Shown: positions 21,250-32,368 of the stretch, in pieces
Layout of the letters: the number at the start of each line of letters is the position of its first letter
Numbering within the stretch: the stretch's first letter is position 1
DNA from: TPA_inf: Saccharomyces
Taxonomy: Eukaryota
Assembly: GCA_000146045.2 (NCBI GenBank)
Contig: BK006946.2
Location: forward strand, 736,001 to 800,000
DNA: 64,000 nucleotides
Direction of reading: 5' to 3'
Program-made: the position numbers and the translations under genes
The notes under the pieces: generated by a model
Databases searched by the model: none
Told to the model about the DNA's origin: nothing
What the model saw: the letters and a program-made list of their open reading frames with translations, nothing else

Positions 21250-22317
21250 ATGGTACTTTGCAAATTACTGACACCATATTTCTTACTGTCAATTTTGAGT
21301 GTCGGCGTGTTCACGGCGACCGCCGCGCCATCGCCCAGTATTCAAATGACGGAAAATACAAATCAAGATCATCATGAGCATGCCAAGCGTGGAGGAACGT
21401 GTGCGTTCCCTAACTACGATGGGATGGTCGCAGTACAAAAAGGTGGATCTAATGGAGGATGGGCTATGAGCCCTGACCAAGAATGTTCCTACGGTTCATG
21501 GTGCCCTTACGCTTGCAAACCAGGTCAACTAATGGGGCAATGGGACCCTTCGGCTACCACATACTCTTATCCTAAATGTCAAAATGGAGGTTTGTACTGT
21601 GATTCTAACGGTAACTTGCAAAAGCCAAACAGTGATAAAGACTATTGTTATGATGGGAAGGGAACCGTAATAGCGAAAAACAACGCTAACAGCGGTGACG
21701 TTGCATTTTGCCAGACCGTGCTTCCGGGCAACGAAGCTATGCTGATCCCAACCTTAGTCGGCTCTGGGTCAAAGCAAACGCTGGCTGTGCCTGGTACAGA
21801 CTACTGGGCCTCCAGCGCGTCGCATTACTACGTAAATGCTCCCGGTGTAAGCGTAGAGGATGCATGCCAGTGGGGTAGTAGTGCAAATCCACAGGGGAAC
21901 TGGGCCCCATTTGTAGCTGGTTCCAACATGGACGACAACCAGAACACTTTTGTAAAGATTGGATGGAACCCCGTCTACCTGGAATCGTCATGTCCGTTCA
22001 AGAACGTTAAGCCTTCATTCGGTATTAGAATTACTTGTGATGACGAATCACAATGTGAAGGCCTACCATGCTCCATTGACCCAAGTTCTAATGGAGTCAA
22101 CGAAGTGACAAGTTCTGGCGGTGGTTCTTCCGGGGCTGGTGGTGGAAACTTTTGTGTTGTCACCGCCAGAAACGGCGCCAAGGCCAACATCGAAGTTTTT
22201 GATGTTGGTAGCGGCTCATCTTCTAAAGGCAAGAGAGAACTGAATCCGCTAGACGTTATTACCACAACGGTCACCGAGACCAAGTACAAGACAGTCACCG
22301 TCACTGCCAAAACTTAG
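21250..22317 (+). CDS. YMR244W, secreted Cys-rich protein with a SUN-family-like domain (distant relative of Sim1/Uth1/Nca3/Sun4), 355 aa
   Basis: N-terminal signal peptide (MVLCKLLTPYFLLSILSVGVFTATAAPSP). Cys motif C-x5-C-x3-C (CSYGSWCPYAC) followed by further spaced Cys, as in the SUN family. Ser/Thr-rich C-terminus. Confidence 0.8.
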   Translation: MVLCKLLTPYFLLSILSVGVFTATAAPSPSIQMTENTNQDHHEHAKRGGTCAFPNYDGMVAVQKGGSNGGWAMSPDQECSYGSWCPYACKPGQLMGQWDPSATTYSYPKCQNGGLYCDSNGNLQKPNSDKDYCYDGKGTVIAKNNANSGDVAFCQTVLPGNEAMLIPTLVGSGSKQTLAVPGTDYWASSASHYYVNAPGVSVEDACQWGSSANPQGNWAPFVAGSNMDDNQNTFVKIGWNPVYLESSCPFKNVKPSFGIRITCDDESQCEGLPCSIDPSSNGVNEVTSSGGGSSGAGGGNFCVVTARNGAKANIEVFDVGSGSSSKGKRELNPLDVITTTVTETKYKTVTVTAKT

Positions 22318-22516
22318 CGCGGTTTTTTCTACCTTCCCTTTTTTCATCTTTTTGTTATATATATATACAGAGACACTCATGCGAATTTTCGCAAAACGAA
22401 GAAAAAAACATAAAATTTTCGTTTGTATCTACATGACTATCCTTTAATTATTACCTTTCTGTCAAATGTTTTATGGGAATATATATGTTAATATGAGCCA
22501 ATAACTCACTAAAAAC

Positions 22517-22831
22517 TCACTGATTTCGTTCCCTCTGTTTAGCTTCCTGCTCGATTCTCTTGATGGTCTGCTCTCTCTTAAAGTCGATGACCCTCTTCTC
22601 CTTGAAGTACTTGATCCAGCTATGGGCGCAATTCTCCTCAAATTTTTCATTTTCCACCTTGCAGTGCGACTTTATACTCTTGCTATTCTTGGGGTCCATT
22701 GCGTCCAAGATGTCTGCCTTGTCCAAACACTGGAAGAATGCGTCCCTGGACTCCCAGCACAACTTTCTCTGTGAACGGGTATTAGGGGGTTGTGATTCCT
22801 TTTTGCCACCATCAAATGAAAATAAGCCCAT
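22517..22831 (-). CDS. COA6: Coa6, twin-Cx(9-10)C cytochrome oxidase assembly factor of the mitochondrial intermembrane space, 104 aa
   Basis: CWESRDAFFQC (C-x9-C) and CKVENEKFEENC (C-x10-C) motifs. 104 aa. Convergent with YMR244W with 199 bp between the stop codons. Confidence 0.85.
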   Translation of the reverse strand: MGLFSFDGGKKESQPPNTRSQRKLCWESRDAFFQCLDKADILDAMDPKNSKSIKSHCKVENEKFEENCAHSWIKYFKEKRVIDFKREQTIKRIEQEAKQRERNQ

Positions 22832-23806
22832 CGCTATATTACTACTATTCCTTTCTGTATATTCGTGTATCTATGTTCCTGCGCAGCGCTACAATAGTAC
22901 CCGTCTATGTATGTATGTATGTATGTATGTAGGCGAATCTTCTCCCCCATTCTACAAAGCAGCACCTACCACCGCAGCACCGTTTCACATGTCCGTCTCT
23001 TTTGTTCAGCTCAGCTACAATCGTCAATCGCACTTTCTTCCGCGCGGGCGAGCCCGGTTTTGTTGGATTTGCTCAGGTGCCAATATACCATCAAGGAACG
23101 GACAGGGACCTGACAATACAATAGGCCATTTACATCACAATGCACAGGGACAGAAATTTATACACGATAACAATACCAACTAAACAAAAATATCTCCCGA
23201 GCCGATGCTTATTCCGCGGGTTCGATGCCGAAATAATTGTTGCATACGCTTTATCCAACACGATGGAGCGTGTTGGGCGCTTAAAGAAGAGACTCACTAA
23301 ACTGTTCGGCTTTTTGGCTGCGCGTCTTTGCCGTTTCCCAACAAAAAACAATCATACTTAGTAACAAGAAAGACAAAAGCGCAAACCGAACCGCCCAGCT
23401 CAACCATCTTCGCCAAGTAGCGGCAAACTTATATAAGCTCCAACGATGTCCCCATCAATTAAGAACCCTCGATTGTCGGCGATCTATTTTTCTATTCTGG
23501 GTGTTTCTCGGCCTTCGTTCATCTCGTTCTTTCTACTCTTAGCCCTCATCTTTCTCTTCTGCATTCTTTTCACCTCATTAAGAACATTCGCGGCGCCGCT
23601 TTACCCCAACAAAAACAGCCCATCTTTTGTTCTACCTCTTTCAGATAAGGCTCAACAGATAGACAATAACTGATCATTCTTTCTTTTGTTTGCAACCCCT
23701 CTGAGTTGACATAAAAGCGAGAATACAAAAGAACCAGCATTAGTAACACATCATTTTTTTCTCTGTTCTTCACTATTTCTTGAAAAACTAAGAAGTACGC
23801 ATCAAA

Positions 23807-25891
23807 ATGACCGAACAATATTCCGTTGCAGTTGGCGAAGCCGCCAATGAGCATGAAACCGCTCCAAGAAGAAATATCAGGGTTAAAGACCAGCCTTTGA
23901 TTAGACCCATAAACTCCTCAGCATCTACACTGTACGAATTCGCCCTGGAATGTTTTACCAAGGGTGGTAAGAGAGACGGTATGGCATGGAGAGATATTAT
24001 AGATATACATGAGACGAAAAAAACCATAGTCAAGAGGGTGGATGGTAAGGATAAGCCCATCGAAAAAACATGGTTGTACTACGAACTGACTCCCTACATA
24101 ACCATGACATACGAGGAGATGATCTGCGTAATGCACGACATTGGACGTGGGCTGATAAAGATTGGTGTTAAACCTAACGGTGAGAACAAGTTCCACATCT
24201 TTGCCTCTACTTCTCACAAGTGGATGAAAACTTTTCTTGGTTGCATGTCACAAGGTATTCCTGTGGTCACCGCGTACGACACTTTGGGTGAGAGCGGTTT
24301 GATTCACTCCATGGTGGAAACAGATTCCGTCGCCATTTTCACGGACAACCAGCTGTTGTCCAAATTAGCAGTTCCTTTGAAAACCGCCAAGAACGTAAAA
24401 TTCGTCATTCACAACGAACCCATCGATCCAAGTGACAAAAGACAAAATGGTAAGCTTTACAAGGCTGCCAAGGATGCTGTTGACAAAATCAAGGAAGTTA
24501 GACCGGACATAAAAATCTACAGTTTCGATGAAATTATTGAGATAGGTAAAAAGGCCAAGGACGAGGTTGAATTGCATTTCCCCAAGCCTGAAGATCCAGC
24601 TTGTATCATGTACACTTCTGGTTCCACTGGTACACCAAAGGGTGTGGTATTGACACATTACAACATTGTAGCTGGTATTGGTGGTGTGGGCCATAACGTT
24701 ATCGGATGGATTGGCCCAACAGACCGTATTATCGCATTCTTGCCATTGGCTCATATTTTTGAATTAACCTTTGAATTCGAAGCGTTCTACTGGAATGGTA
24801 TCCTAGGGTACGCCAATGTCAAGACTTTAACCCCAACTTCTACACGTAATTGCCAAGGTGACCTGATGGAGTTTAAACCTACCGTAATGGTGGGTGTCGC
24901 CGCAGTTTGGGAAACAGTGAGAAAAGGTATCCTGGCCAAGATCAACGAATTGCCCGGTTGGTCTCAAACGCTTTTCTGGACTGTCTATGCTTTGAAAGAG
25001 AGAAATATACCATGTAGCGGCTTGCTGAGTGGGTTGATCTTCAAGAGAATCAGAGAAGCAACCGGTGGAAACTTAAGGTTTATTCTGAACGGTGGGTCTG
25101 CAATCAGCATAGACGCCCAAAAATTCCTCTCCAACCTTCTATGTCCTATGCTCATTGGATATGGGCTAACTGAGGGTGTGGCTAATGCCTGTGTCCTGGA
25201 GCCTGAACATTTTGATTACGGTATTGCTGGTGACCTTGTCGGAACTATTACAGCTAAATTGGTGGATGTCGAAGATTTGGGCTATTTTGCCAAGAATAAT
25301 CAAGGTGAATTGCTGTTTAAGGGTGCACCCATCTGTTCTGAATACTATAAGAATCCTGAAGAAACTGCTGCGGCCTTTACCGATGATGGCTGGTTCCGTA
25401 CCGGTGATATCGCTGAATGGACCCCCAAGGGACAAGTTAAGATCATTGATAGAAAGAAAAATTTGGTTAAGACCTTAAATGGTGAGTACATTGCATTGGA
25501 AAAATTAGAATCCATTTACAGATCAAATCCTTACGTCCAAAACATCTGTGTCTACGCTGATGAAAACAAAGTTAAGCCTGTCGGTATTGTGGTCCCTAAC
25601 TTAGGACACTTGTCTAAGCTGGCTATCGAATTAGGTATAATGGTACCAGGTGAAGATGTCGAAAGCTATATCCATGAAAAGAAGCTACAGGATGCCGTTT
25701 GCAAAGATATGCTGTCAACTGCCAAATCTCAAGGCTTGAATGGTATTGAATTATTATGTGGCATTGTTTTCTTTGAAGAAGAATGGACTCCAGAAAATGG
25801 CCTTGTTACATCCGCCCAAAAATTAAAGAGAAGAGATATTCTAGCGGCTGTCAAGCCAGATGTGGAAAGAGTTTATAAAGAAAACACTTAA
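23807..25891 (+). CDS. FAA4: Long-chain fatty acyl-CoA synthetase Faa4, 694 aa
   Basis: AMP-binding signature YTSGSTGTPKGV and the acyl-CoA synthetase fold throughout. 694 aa. Confidence 0.92.
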   Translation: MTEQYSVAVGEAANEHETAPRRNIRVKDQPLIRPINSSASTLYEFALECFTKGGKRDGMAWRDIIDIHETKKTIVKRVDGKDKPIEKTWLYYELTPYITMTYEEMICVMHDIGRGLIKIGVKPNGENKFHIFASTSHKWMKTFLGCMSQGIPVVTAYDTLGESGLIHSMVETDSVAIFTDNQLLSKLAVPLKTAKNVKFVIHNEPIDPSDKRQNGKLYKAAKDAVDKIKEVRPDIKIYSFDEIIEIGKKAKDEVELHFPKPEDPACIMYTSGSTGTPKGVVLTHYNIVAGIGGVGHNVIGWIGPTDRIIAFLPLAHIFELTFEFEAFYWNGILGYANVKTLTPTSTRNCQGDLMEFKPTVMVGVAAVWETVRKGILAKINELPGWSQTLFWTVYALKERNIPCSGLLSGLIFKRIREATGGNLRFILNGGSAISIDAQKFLSNLLCPMLIGYGLTEGVANACVLEPEHFDYGIAGDLVGTITAKLVDVEDLGYFAKNNQGELLFKGAPICSEYYKNPEETAAAFTDDGWFRTGDIAEWTPKGQVKIIDRKKNLVKTLNGEYIALEKLESIYRSNPYVQNICVYADENKVKPVGIVVPNLGHLSKLAIELGIMVPGEDVESYIHEKKLQDAVCKDMLSTAKSQGLNGIELLCGIVFFEEEWTPENGLVTSAQKLKRRDILAAVKPDVERVYKENT

Positions 25892-26099
25892 AGGAAGACA
25901 TAGTTTTTTACTTTCCCCCCTGCCCTTCATAAACACTACGTTTCATTTTCTAAGAGCATCAATTTGCAAACACCTGAACTACTTGCACAATACATAGTTT
26001 CTTCTCCTACAGATACAGTTAATAATTAATAAATAACATTACACATAAACATGTTTAAGTTTCATTTCAGCAAGACAAGATTGACATTATTAAGCGTGA

Positions 26100-27120
26100 T
26101 CTAAACTATGAATTTCTCCCGGGTATGAAACTACATTCTACTATTGATTTTAATAGATGAGCGATTAAACGGGATATTTGAATTTATGACTTCTGTAAAC
26201 CATCGAATGCCCCAACTTTTAGTAATCAAACATGCACCGAAAACAACCATATCAATCAATGTCTTGCTTCATTCTTGATTTCTCATCTCTTTCTTTCCTT
26301 CGTAATTTCACCTTCTCCCTCCGCTCCTTTTATCGAAGAAACATCGTATTACAATTAACAACGCATTGCACTATAGTACACCAAGTTTGAAAATAAAAAC
26401 CTCGCCCACGTTCATTTATGCAACAAGAAAAAAACTCCCATCACAGTTAGAAAGCAATGAATAAAAGCCATGCGTAATAAATACATTCAGAGAGGATGAC
26501 GATAAAAAAAGAAAAGAAATCACGAGGAGAGTAAACCAATATAAAAAGAACAAATTCAAAAAATTTTCTTATAATAAACCTTAACATGGAGTTTCCGTTA
26601 ACACACTATATGGAAGCGAAACGTGTGAATCAACAGAATCAACCACAGCATATCATAAACCTGAACATAGACACGACTGAAAAACTCAAACGTGCTATAC
26701 CGCCAAGCAGAAAATCCATTTGCTCCTACTTTATTTTCTACGTCTCCTTGCAATCTCCGTTCCATTTTATCATCCTCCCTCAAACTGAACACACCCCTCC
26801 ACCAGGATTAATTCATAGCTTCCGTCATGCTACCTGAATATTTTAGGGTCCGGTCACTTAAAAATGAACGCGTTCATAGCAAGGCACATATATCCAAAGT
26901 TAAAATGAACAAAGTGCATCGCATAGTTGTATATGCAATACAATCAAATTTCCTCAAATAAAAAGAACAATTGAGAGAATGAAAAAGGAAGAAAAGAGTG
27001 ATAATTTGAGAAAAAAATAGCTAAACAAAACGATAAATGATTTTGATTGAAATATTTCGGTGCAGTCCTTTTCCGAAAATTGGGGACATTCAATAGAATT
27101 TCATCAATGGTTATCCCTCT
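26100..27120. ncRNA. SNR86: Probable independent noncoding RNA gene in the ORF-free FAA4/RKR1 convergent gap, recalled as the ~1-kb H/ACA snoRNA snR86. Boundaries and strand are approximate
   Basis: A 1.46-kb gap (25892-27350) lies between two 3' ends and has no ORF over 90 aa, which is unusual for yeast. From memory, SNR86 (~1004 nt) maps between FAA4 and RKR1 on chrXIII. I could not pin H/ACA boxes by eye. Confidence 0.4.
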
Positions 27121-27350
27121 TTTAGTAGCTAAAAACTGAAAACAAGGCCTGAACTAAAAACCATTCTTCTTTCAAGTTCGATTTTTATCCTGAAAAAATC
27201 CTGAAGAGAAAAAATTTCCAGAATATCCGGGTGATGGGCTGGATTGGCAAGGTATAGGGCTGGATTGTATAATTTGTAAGAGAGCACAATAATAAAAGGA
27301 ACTTTGTTTAAAAAATGTAGTACATTTATATGAAATTTATATGCGATAGT

Positions 27351-30300
27351 CTACCTTCTAAATGGAATTTCACTACGGCATAATGGACATGTATTGTTAC
27401 CCGATGATCGAAACCACTTGTAAAGACATGCTCCGTGGAACTTATTTTTACAAGTCGGACATGTCTTCGAAGGTAGTTTCCTATCCACGGCATGTAGTAT
27501 AGAGTAACATATGGCACATTCCTCGAAACCAGAAAATTGTAAGTGCACATTTTTAGTAAACAACTCCAACGAATCCAAAACGGATCCATTCATGCCTGTA
27601 ATTACATGTTGTGTAGACATTATCCATTGTTTCCATTTTTGTTCACTTATACCAACTCTAGAGACGCCATTAACTTGGATATTTGTTAAAGGGTAGTTTT
27701 TTGGTAGTTTGAAGGAAATCTCCAACTTTTGGTCGTCAATCAAATAGCTTGCCTTCACTTCATTAGTAATATTATTTAATTTAATAGTCAAAGCATCATC
27801 ATTAGAAGTCAGGCGGTCCATCTTAGAATTGATATCGTCAAATTCATTTTTGATCAAAATTGGGGAGATGAACTCTGAGACAAACTTTTCAATATCATTT
27901 TGTAATGTCCTATCTTTTATATTTAACCACCAAATACTCGTTAGACAACCGACGTTGTTAAACAACTGATAAAGTGTATGGCCCAAAAGTTTTTTACATT
28001 CTTCAAATATGTCTTCTTTATAAGGAGAGAAATTATTGCCGACAATGTTGTATTCCGAAATTTCCTTGGTGTCGACCTGTTTCCAAAACTCAGTATCTCT
28101 TAAATCTATTTGATCTGTTATGAAATCAAACATTCTATTGATTAAACCAGCTTCCTTTAATTGTTCAATAAATATTTGTCTCATATTATAAGACGTATCT
28201 TTGAAGTACATCAGTATCAAGTGCCAATACCATAGATATTTAATAAATGAATTTTTATTCTCGTATTCAAGGTATTCTTTTGGCACCTCATCAGTAACTT
28301 TTTGTAATAATTTTTGAGGTAGTTTAAATTTTGAGTTTACATCATTATCAGATGCACTACCATCTACGTCTGAGCCAGTTTGTTTTTGAATCCTCAGTTC
28401 ATACTCAATTATAATATCCTGCTGTGTTTTTACCACCAAAGAACCCAACAAAGTAGTTAATAATCTTGATTGATTAATATTACTACCGATATCCTTATCA
28501 TTCAATACAACCTCGAATATTCTTTTGTATTGAGATTCTAACTTTTTGAGTTCCATTGAGGAAATGACCTTGTACAATTTCTGGTAGAAGAGTGTGGATA
28601 CTTGGTTATTTCTTTCTTGATTAAAGTTGAGAAACATCAGTTCAATCAAATTTTCTTGAATTTCATCACCATATTCTGAGATTTCCTCGCCATTTTTGGA
28701 AACGCCTTGCGACAATGTTTCATATAAGTTCAAACAGGAAGAGCGAAGTTCTAACAAATATAAAGTGTCATCAATTTGACACATCGATAGAGAGTCTGCC
28801 AGCAACCTTTCCGAAAGTTCAAAAGCTGTTATGCCCATATCTCTGACTCCTTCAAACCTCATCAGTTTGGTGAAAAAATCTAGTAGTAACAATCTAACGG
28901 TGCTAAAGCTAGGCTCGTAGGCAAGATCACTATCCAACCATTTTAGTATTGAACGGAATATCATGTTCAGTCTCTGCGGTGCTATAGGAACAAACTGTTT
29001 ATCTGCCTGTGGGATATCCAGCAGATTATTTAAAAGAGCTAACGACTTGAATTCTTGATCGACAAGTTCTACTTCTCTAATCCCAATCAATTGAGATGCC
29101 AGCAATGTCCTTAATTTCGTTATCTCATCTTTTGAGTTGGACCTGTTAAACATCAATAGTAATATAGCACATAGGAGATAATCTTTATCAGTAGATTTTT
29201 GATCCCTCACAGTTTTCGTGACAAAACTTTCAACCGATGCTAATAGCCCATTTAATGTGGTGGATGAAACAGTATCAATGCTGTTCAATAGAACCTTATA
29301 TAATACTCTTGAATAATAAAAAAAGTAGACAGAATTACTTTCAGCAATATCAAAAGTAAGCATAGCATCACCACCATTAGCAGGCTGAATAACGTTTCCA
29401 ACAATATCAGAAAAGTTCAAATTTACTTTGCCATGTTTGAAAAAGGTATGCCCAAAATCATAGTAAAGATCATTTGGTTCCTCTGAAAGGCAATTATAAT
29501 CAGTGACGAGCTCAGAAACTACAGTTATAAATGCAACAATATGGTTATTAACGCGCTCTGGAAGAGCATCAAGTAGGGCATCTAAGAATAGAGCATACCT
29601 GATGAGCTTTTGCATATTTTTTAAATTGATAGGCTTATCATCTGTAAGGAGCAAATGCGTGTTAGTACTTAAGCTGCTCACTAAGGATGACCTATAATCA
29701 ATTGCTGGCATATATCTGGCAAAAACTTCGATTGCGTTAGCGGGAAAAAAAATCTGAGAAGTATCGTTGCAGCCATTAATTAGCTCCACGGCGTGTGTGA
29801 CATATTTTTCTTTTGCCCCGGGGCTGAAATAAACCTGAGCATGTTGCAAAATCACTTGGGCCAACTTATTAGCGATTTCAGAATTCCCTTTAGCCAACTG
29901 TAATGACAACTTGAATAGTTTCTCATTAGTGTCTTCTGAAACTTCATACAATGCACAAGAAAGAAAATCGGTATTCAGCAATAACGTTGAAAAAAAAGTT
30001 TCATCTAATTTAGACAAAACAGCACAAAATTGTTCAACTTGGCCATTGGCAACTGCGCTTCGGTAAAGTGTGGTGATAGTCCTTTGATTTAAAAATTTAT
30101 TATTACCTTTAAATATTTCCCCACTGTCGTCAAACTTATAATTTTTCATAAAGTCTTCAATGTACAATTCTAATTCTAGGGAATCTGATTTCATTAATTG
30201 TTGATAAATATCATTGTCCAACTCATTCATTGTGGCTAAAATTATTGTCTTTGGTAAGTTAAAAGAAAGCGCAACGATAAAAAAGTCTTCCAACGAAGTA

Positions 30301-32039
30301 ATCGCGTCAGTATTCATTTTGAAAAATTTGGAGTTTGAGTACTGTGCCATGATACCAGCAAAGTTTTGATATGTTGATTCTTGGACCAACGTTGGAATTT
30401 CGTTTATAAATTTCCCTATCTTCCCATTCAAGAAAATCATATCTGAATCTAAAAAGTAATTGAGAGCATCATATACACCGTCGTATTTGTTGAAAACATT
30501 TGAGGGATCTGTTTCGATTAATTGCACAAAAAAATCGAATAAACGACTAATTGCGGATTCGTTATTAGGAGAAGTAACCAATAAAGCAAAAAGATTCTTC
30601 TCAAAGCTCACCTTTATTTTTCTTATGTCTTCGTCTGAAGTGAAGTAATCTTCAATCTCTCTCTCCCATTTATCGGGTGGAAAGACGCCACTAAGAGTCT
30701 GGTTCAGTTTTGTGTACTCAGATAAAGATTTCCCGCAAGACAGAGAGTTAAAAATCTCACTTTCCACCATTTTTTTCACTCTTTCTTCTGATGAATCCTC
30801 AGCGAACTTCAAAAAATTTGTCCAAAACTCATTAAGAACCTCAGCGCTGTTTCTCGCAGAAAAGCCCTTTTCATTCAGTCTTTGCACCGATTTTTGCCAA
30901 AATGGAAGCCATTCAAGATAATAATCAAGAAAACTGTGTCTTTTAGTCGAGCTGTACAATGCAAACACAGCATTGAAAAATCCTGGCGATGGTGAAGTAC
31001 GGGAAACCGATAAAAATTTGAGTACTTTTTCTTTAGAAGATTTATCGTATGACCATATTGTCCCATCTTCATAGTCATCCAAGGTAGCTAAAAGGTTCAG
31101 TATTGATGGGAGAACAGGGCATACTTTTAGAATATTCTTTGACGTAATATGAGTCAACGATTTCAATAGTTTTTTCACCGCTAACTTCATTATATTTTTG
31201 TGGGAAGGCATGTAACCTCTTGTATAAAGAACATCAATCAATCGAAGAACTGTTTCGTAGGCATTTGTATTTTGCCCATTTTTTAAGTTAAGTAGTTTCC
31301 AGATTGACTCATCAGAAAGAATCACCTTAAGACTGGAAGAATTACGTTCTGAGACGTCTTTGTTATGAACAAAAAGCTTAATCAGCAGCAATACGGCACT
31401 TGCTATAACTCTGTGGTATCTAAACTCAGATTCTTCTTTACTGGAGTAACGTTCATCAGAAATGGTATCTTCATTCTCGTTTACAACAATCTCCTTTACT
31501 AAATTCAATAGTTGTTCTTGAAAAACAGCCCATAAGGCGTTAATTTTTGCTGGGTCTTTGTTGAAACACTCTGTTAATTCATTAAGAGAAGGTTTGGAAA
31601 CACTATAATCGAGTTCGCATGTACCGAGAAGTATCAAAGGTATAAAATCCTTTAAAAACTTCGATATTTTCTTCCGAAGGCTTTTGACAAGCATTATAGT
31701 AATTTGATGTGATTGCAGTCTGATGACCTTGTAATCACTAATTATCAGTTTAGCATATATCTGCGACCAACAAAGAAGAAAAATGTCATTGAAAAAGTAC
31801 TCATTCTGGTTAAAGTCGCTGATCAAATTGGAAAGATCCATTAAAGCTTTTTCTTTTGTAGTTTCATCTCTTTTCAGAAGAGATTTGAAAATGAGTTTCA
31901 GCTCGTTCGAGTACAAGGAGTTTAAAAGACTTGGATCCGGCAAACCATCAAAGTAGTTTAAGGATATTCTAACACCATTATGGCCGAGCCCTAAATCTGT
32001 GTTATACTGTTGAAATGTATTGATTCCACCAAACGACAT
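27351..32039 (-). CDS. RKR1: Rkr1/Ltn1 (Listerin), RQC E3 ubiquitin ligase with HEAT/ARM repeats and a C-terminal RING, 1562 aa
   Basis: 1562-aa ORF. The C-terminal RING-type finger CAICYSILHAVDRKLPSKTCPTCKNKFHGACLYKWFRSSGNNTCPLCR is present. Confidence 0.92.
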   Translation of the reverse strand: MSFGGINTFQQYNTDLGLGHNGVRISLNYFDGLPDPSLLNSLYSNELKLIFKSLLKRDETTKEKALMDLSNLISDFNQNEYFFNDIFLLCWSQIYAKLIISDYKVIRLQSHQITIMLVKSLRKKISKFLKDFIPLILLGTCELDYSVSKPSLNELTECFNKDPAKINALWAVFQEQLLNLVKEIVVNENEDTISDERYSSKEESEFRYHRVIASAVLLLIKLFVHNKDVSERNSSSLKVILSDESIWKLLNLKNGQNTNAYETVLRLIDVLYTRGYMPSHKNIMKLAVKKLLKSLTHITSKNILKVCPVLPSILNLLATLDDYEDGTIWSYDKSSKEKVLKFLSVSRTSPSPGFFNAVFALYSSTKRHSFLDYYLEWLPFWQKSVQRLNEKGFSARNSAEVLNEFWTNFLKFAEDSSEERVKKMVESEIFNSLSCGKSLSEYTKLNQTLSGVFPPDKWEREIEDYFTSDEDIRKIKVSFEKNLFALLVTSPNNESAISRLFDFFVQLIETDPSNVFNKYDGVYDALNYFLDSDMIFLNGKIGKFINEIPTLVQESTYQNFAGIMAQYSNSKFFKMNTDAITSLEDFFIVALSFNLPKTIILATMNELDNDIYQQLMKSDSLELELYIEDFMKNYKFDDSGEIFKGNNKFLNQRTITTLYRSAVANGQVEQFCAVLSKLDETFFSTLLLNTDFLSCALYEVSEDTNEKLFKLSLQLAKGNSEIANKLAQVILQHAQVYFSPGAKEKYVTHAVELINGCNDTSQIFFPANAIEVFARYMPAIDYRSSLVSSLSTNTHLLLTDDKPINLKNMQKLIRYALFLDALLDALPERVNNHIVAFITVVSELVTDYNCLSEEPNDLYYDFGHTFFKHGKVNLNFSDIVGNVIQPANGGDAMLTFDIAESNSVYFFYYSRVLYKVLLNSIDTVSSTTLNGLLASVESFVTKTVRDQKSTDKDYLLCAILLLMFNRSNSKDEITKLRTLLASQLIGIREVELVDQEFKSLALLNNLLDIPQADKQFVPIAPQRLNMIFRSILKWLDSDLAYEPSFSTVRLLLLDFFTKLMRFEGVRDMGITAFELSERLLADSLSMCQIDDTLYLLELRSSCLNLYETLSQGVSKNGEEISEYGDEIQENLIELMFLNFNQERNNQVSTLFYQKLYKVISSMELKKLESQYKRIFEVVLNDKDIGSNINQSRLLTTLLGSLVVKTQQDIIIEYELRIQKQTGSDVDGSASDNDVNSKFKLPQKLLQKVTDEVPKEYLEYENKNSFIKYLWYWHLILMYFKDTSYNMRQIFIEQLKEAGLINRMFDFITDQIDLRDTEFWKQVDTKEISEYNIVGNNFSPYKEDIFEECKKLLGHTLYQLFNNVGCLTSIWWLNIKDRTLQNDIEKFVSEFISPILIKNEFDDINSKMDRLTSNDDALTIKLNNITNEVKASYLIDDQKLEISFKLPKNYPLTNIQVNGVSRVGISEQKWKQWIMSTQHVITGMNGSVLDSLELFTKNVHLQFSGFEECAICYSILHAVDRKLPSKTCPTCKNKFHGACLYKWFRSSGNNTCPLCRSEIPFRR

Positions 32040-32368
32040 TAAGAACCAACTATTGCTTGAACTTTTTTTGATGGCTTAGCAGATTTGAACTATTAAGAAG
32101 GACTTCTTCAGTATTGTATATATTGAAGAAAACCATCTGAAGTTGCAACATTTGAATTTTTCCTATGACGTTTTTTTTCCTCGCTTCATCAATATTTTTC
32201 AGTTTTCCATGTTGGGGCATAATCTGGGTTAACTCGAATTGACAAGTATATAGTCAAGCTGGAGGTAAGAAGTACGTAACATTTAAAGAGCATTGTGACG
32301 ATATTCTGTTCTTGATTAACTATAATTTTAAATATGAAGTTACACTAATTGCAAAGTAGCAAAAAATT

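Noticed and set aside
22560-23183. 207-aa ORF overlapping COA6 on the opposite strand (corresponds to a 'dubious' YMR245W-type ORF)
   Set aside because: Cys/Leu/Ser-rich low-complexity translation, runs through the (TATG)n repeat, and is antisense to a conserved gene. Unlikely to be coding.
27326-27589. 87-aa ORF overlapping the 3' end of RKR1 on the same strand in a different frame
   Set aside because: Nested out-of-frame ORF inside a well-supported 1562-aa gene. No motif.
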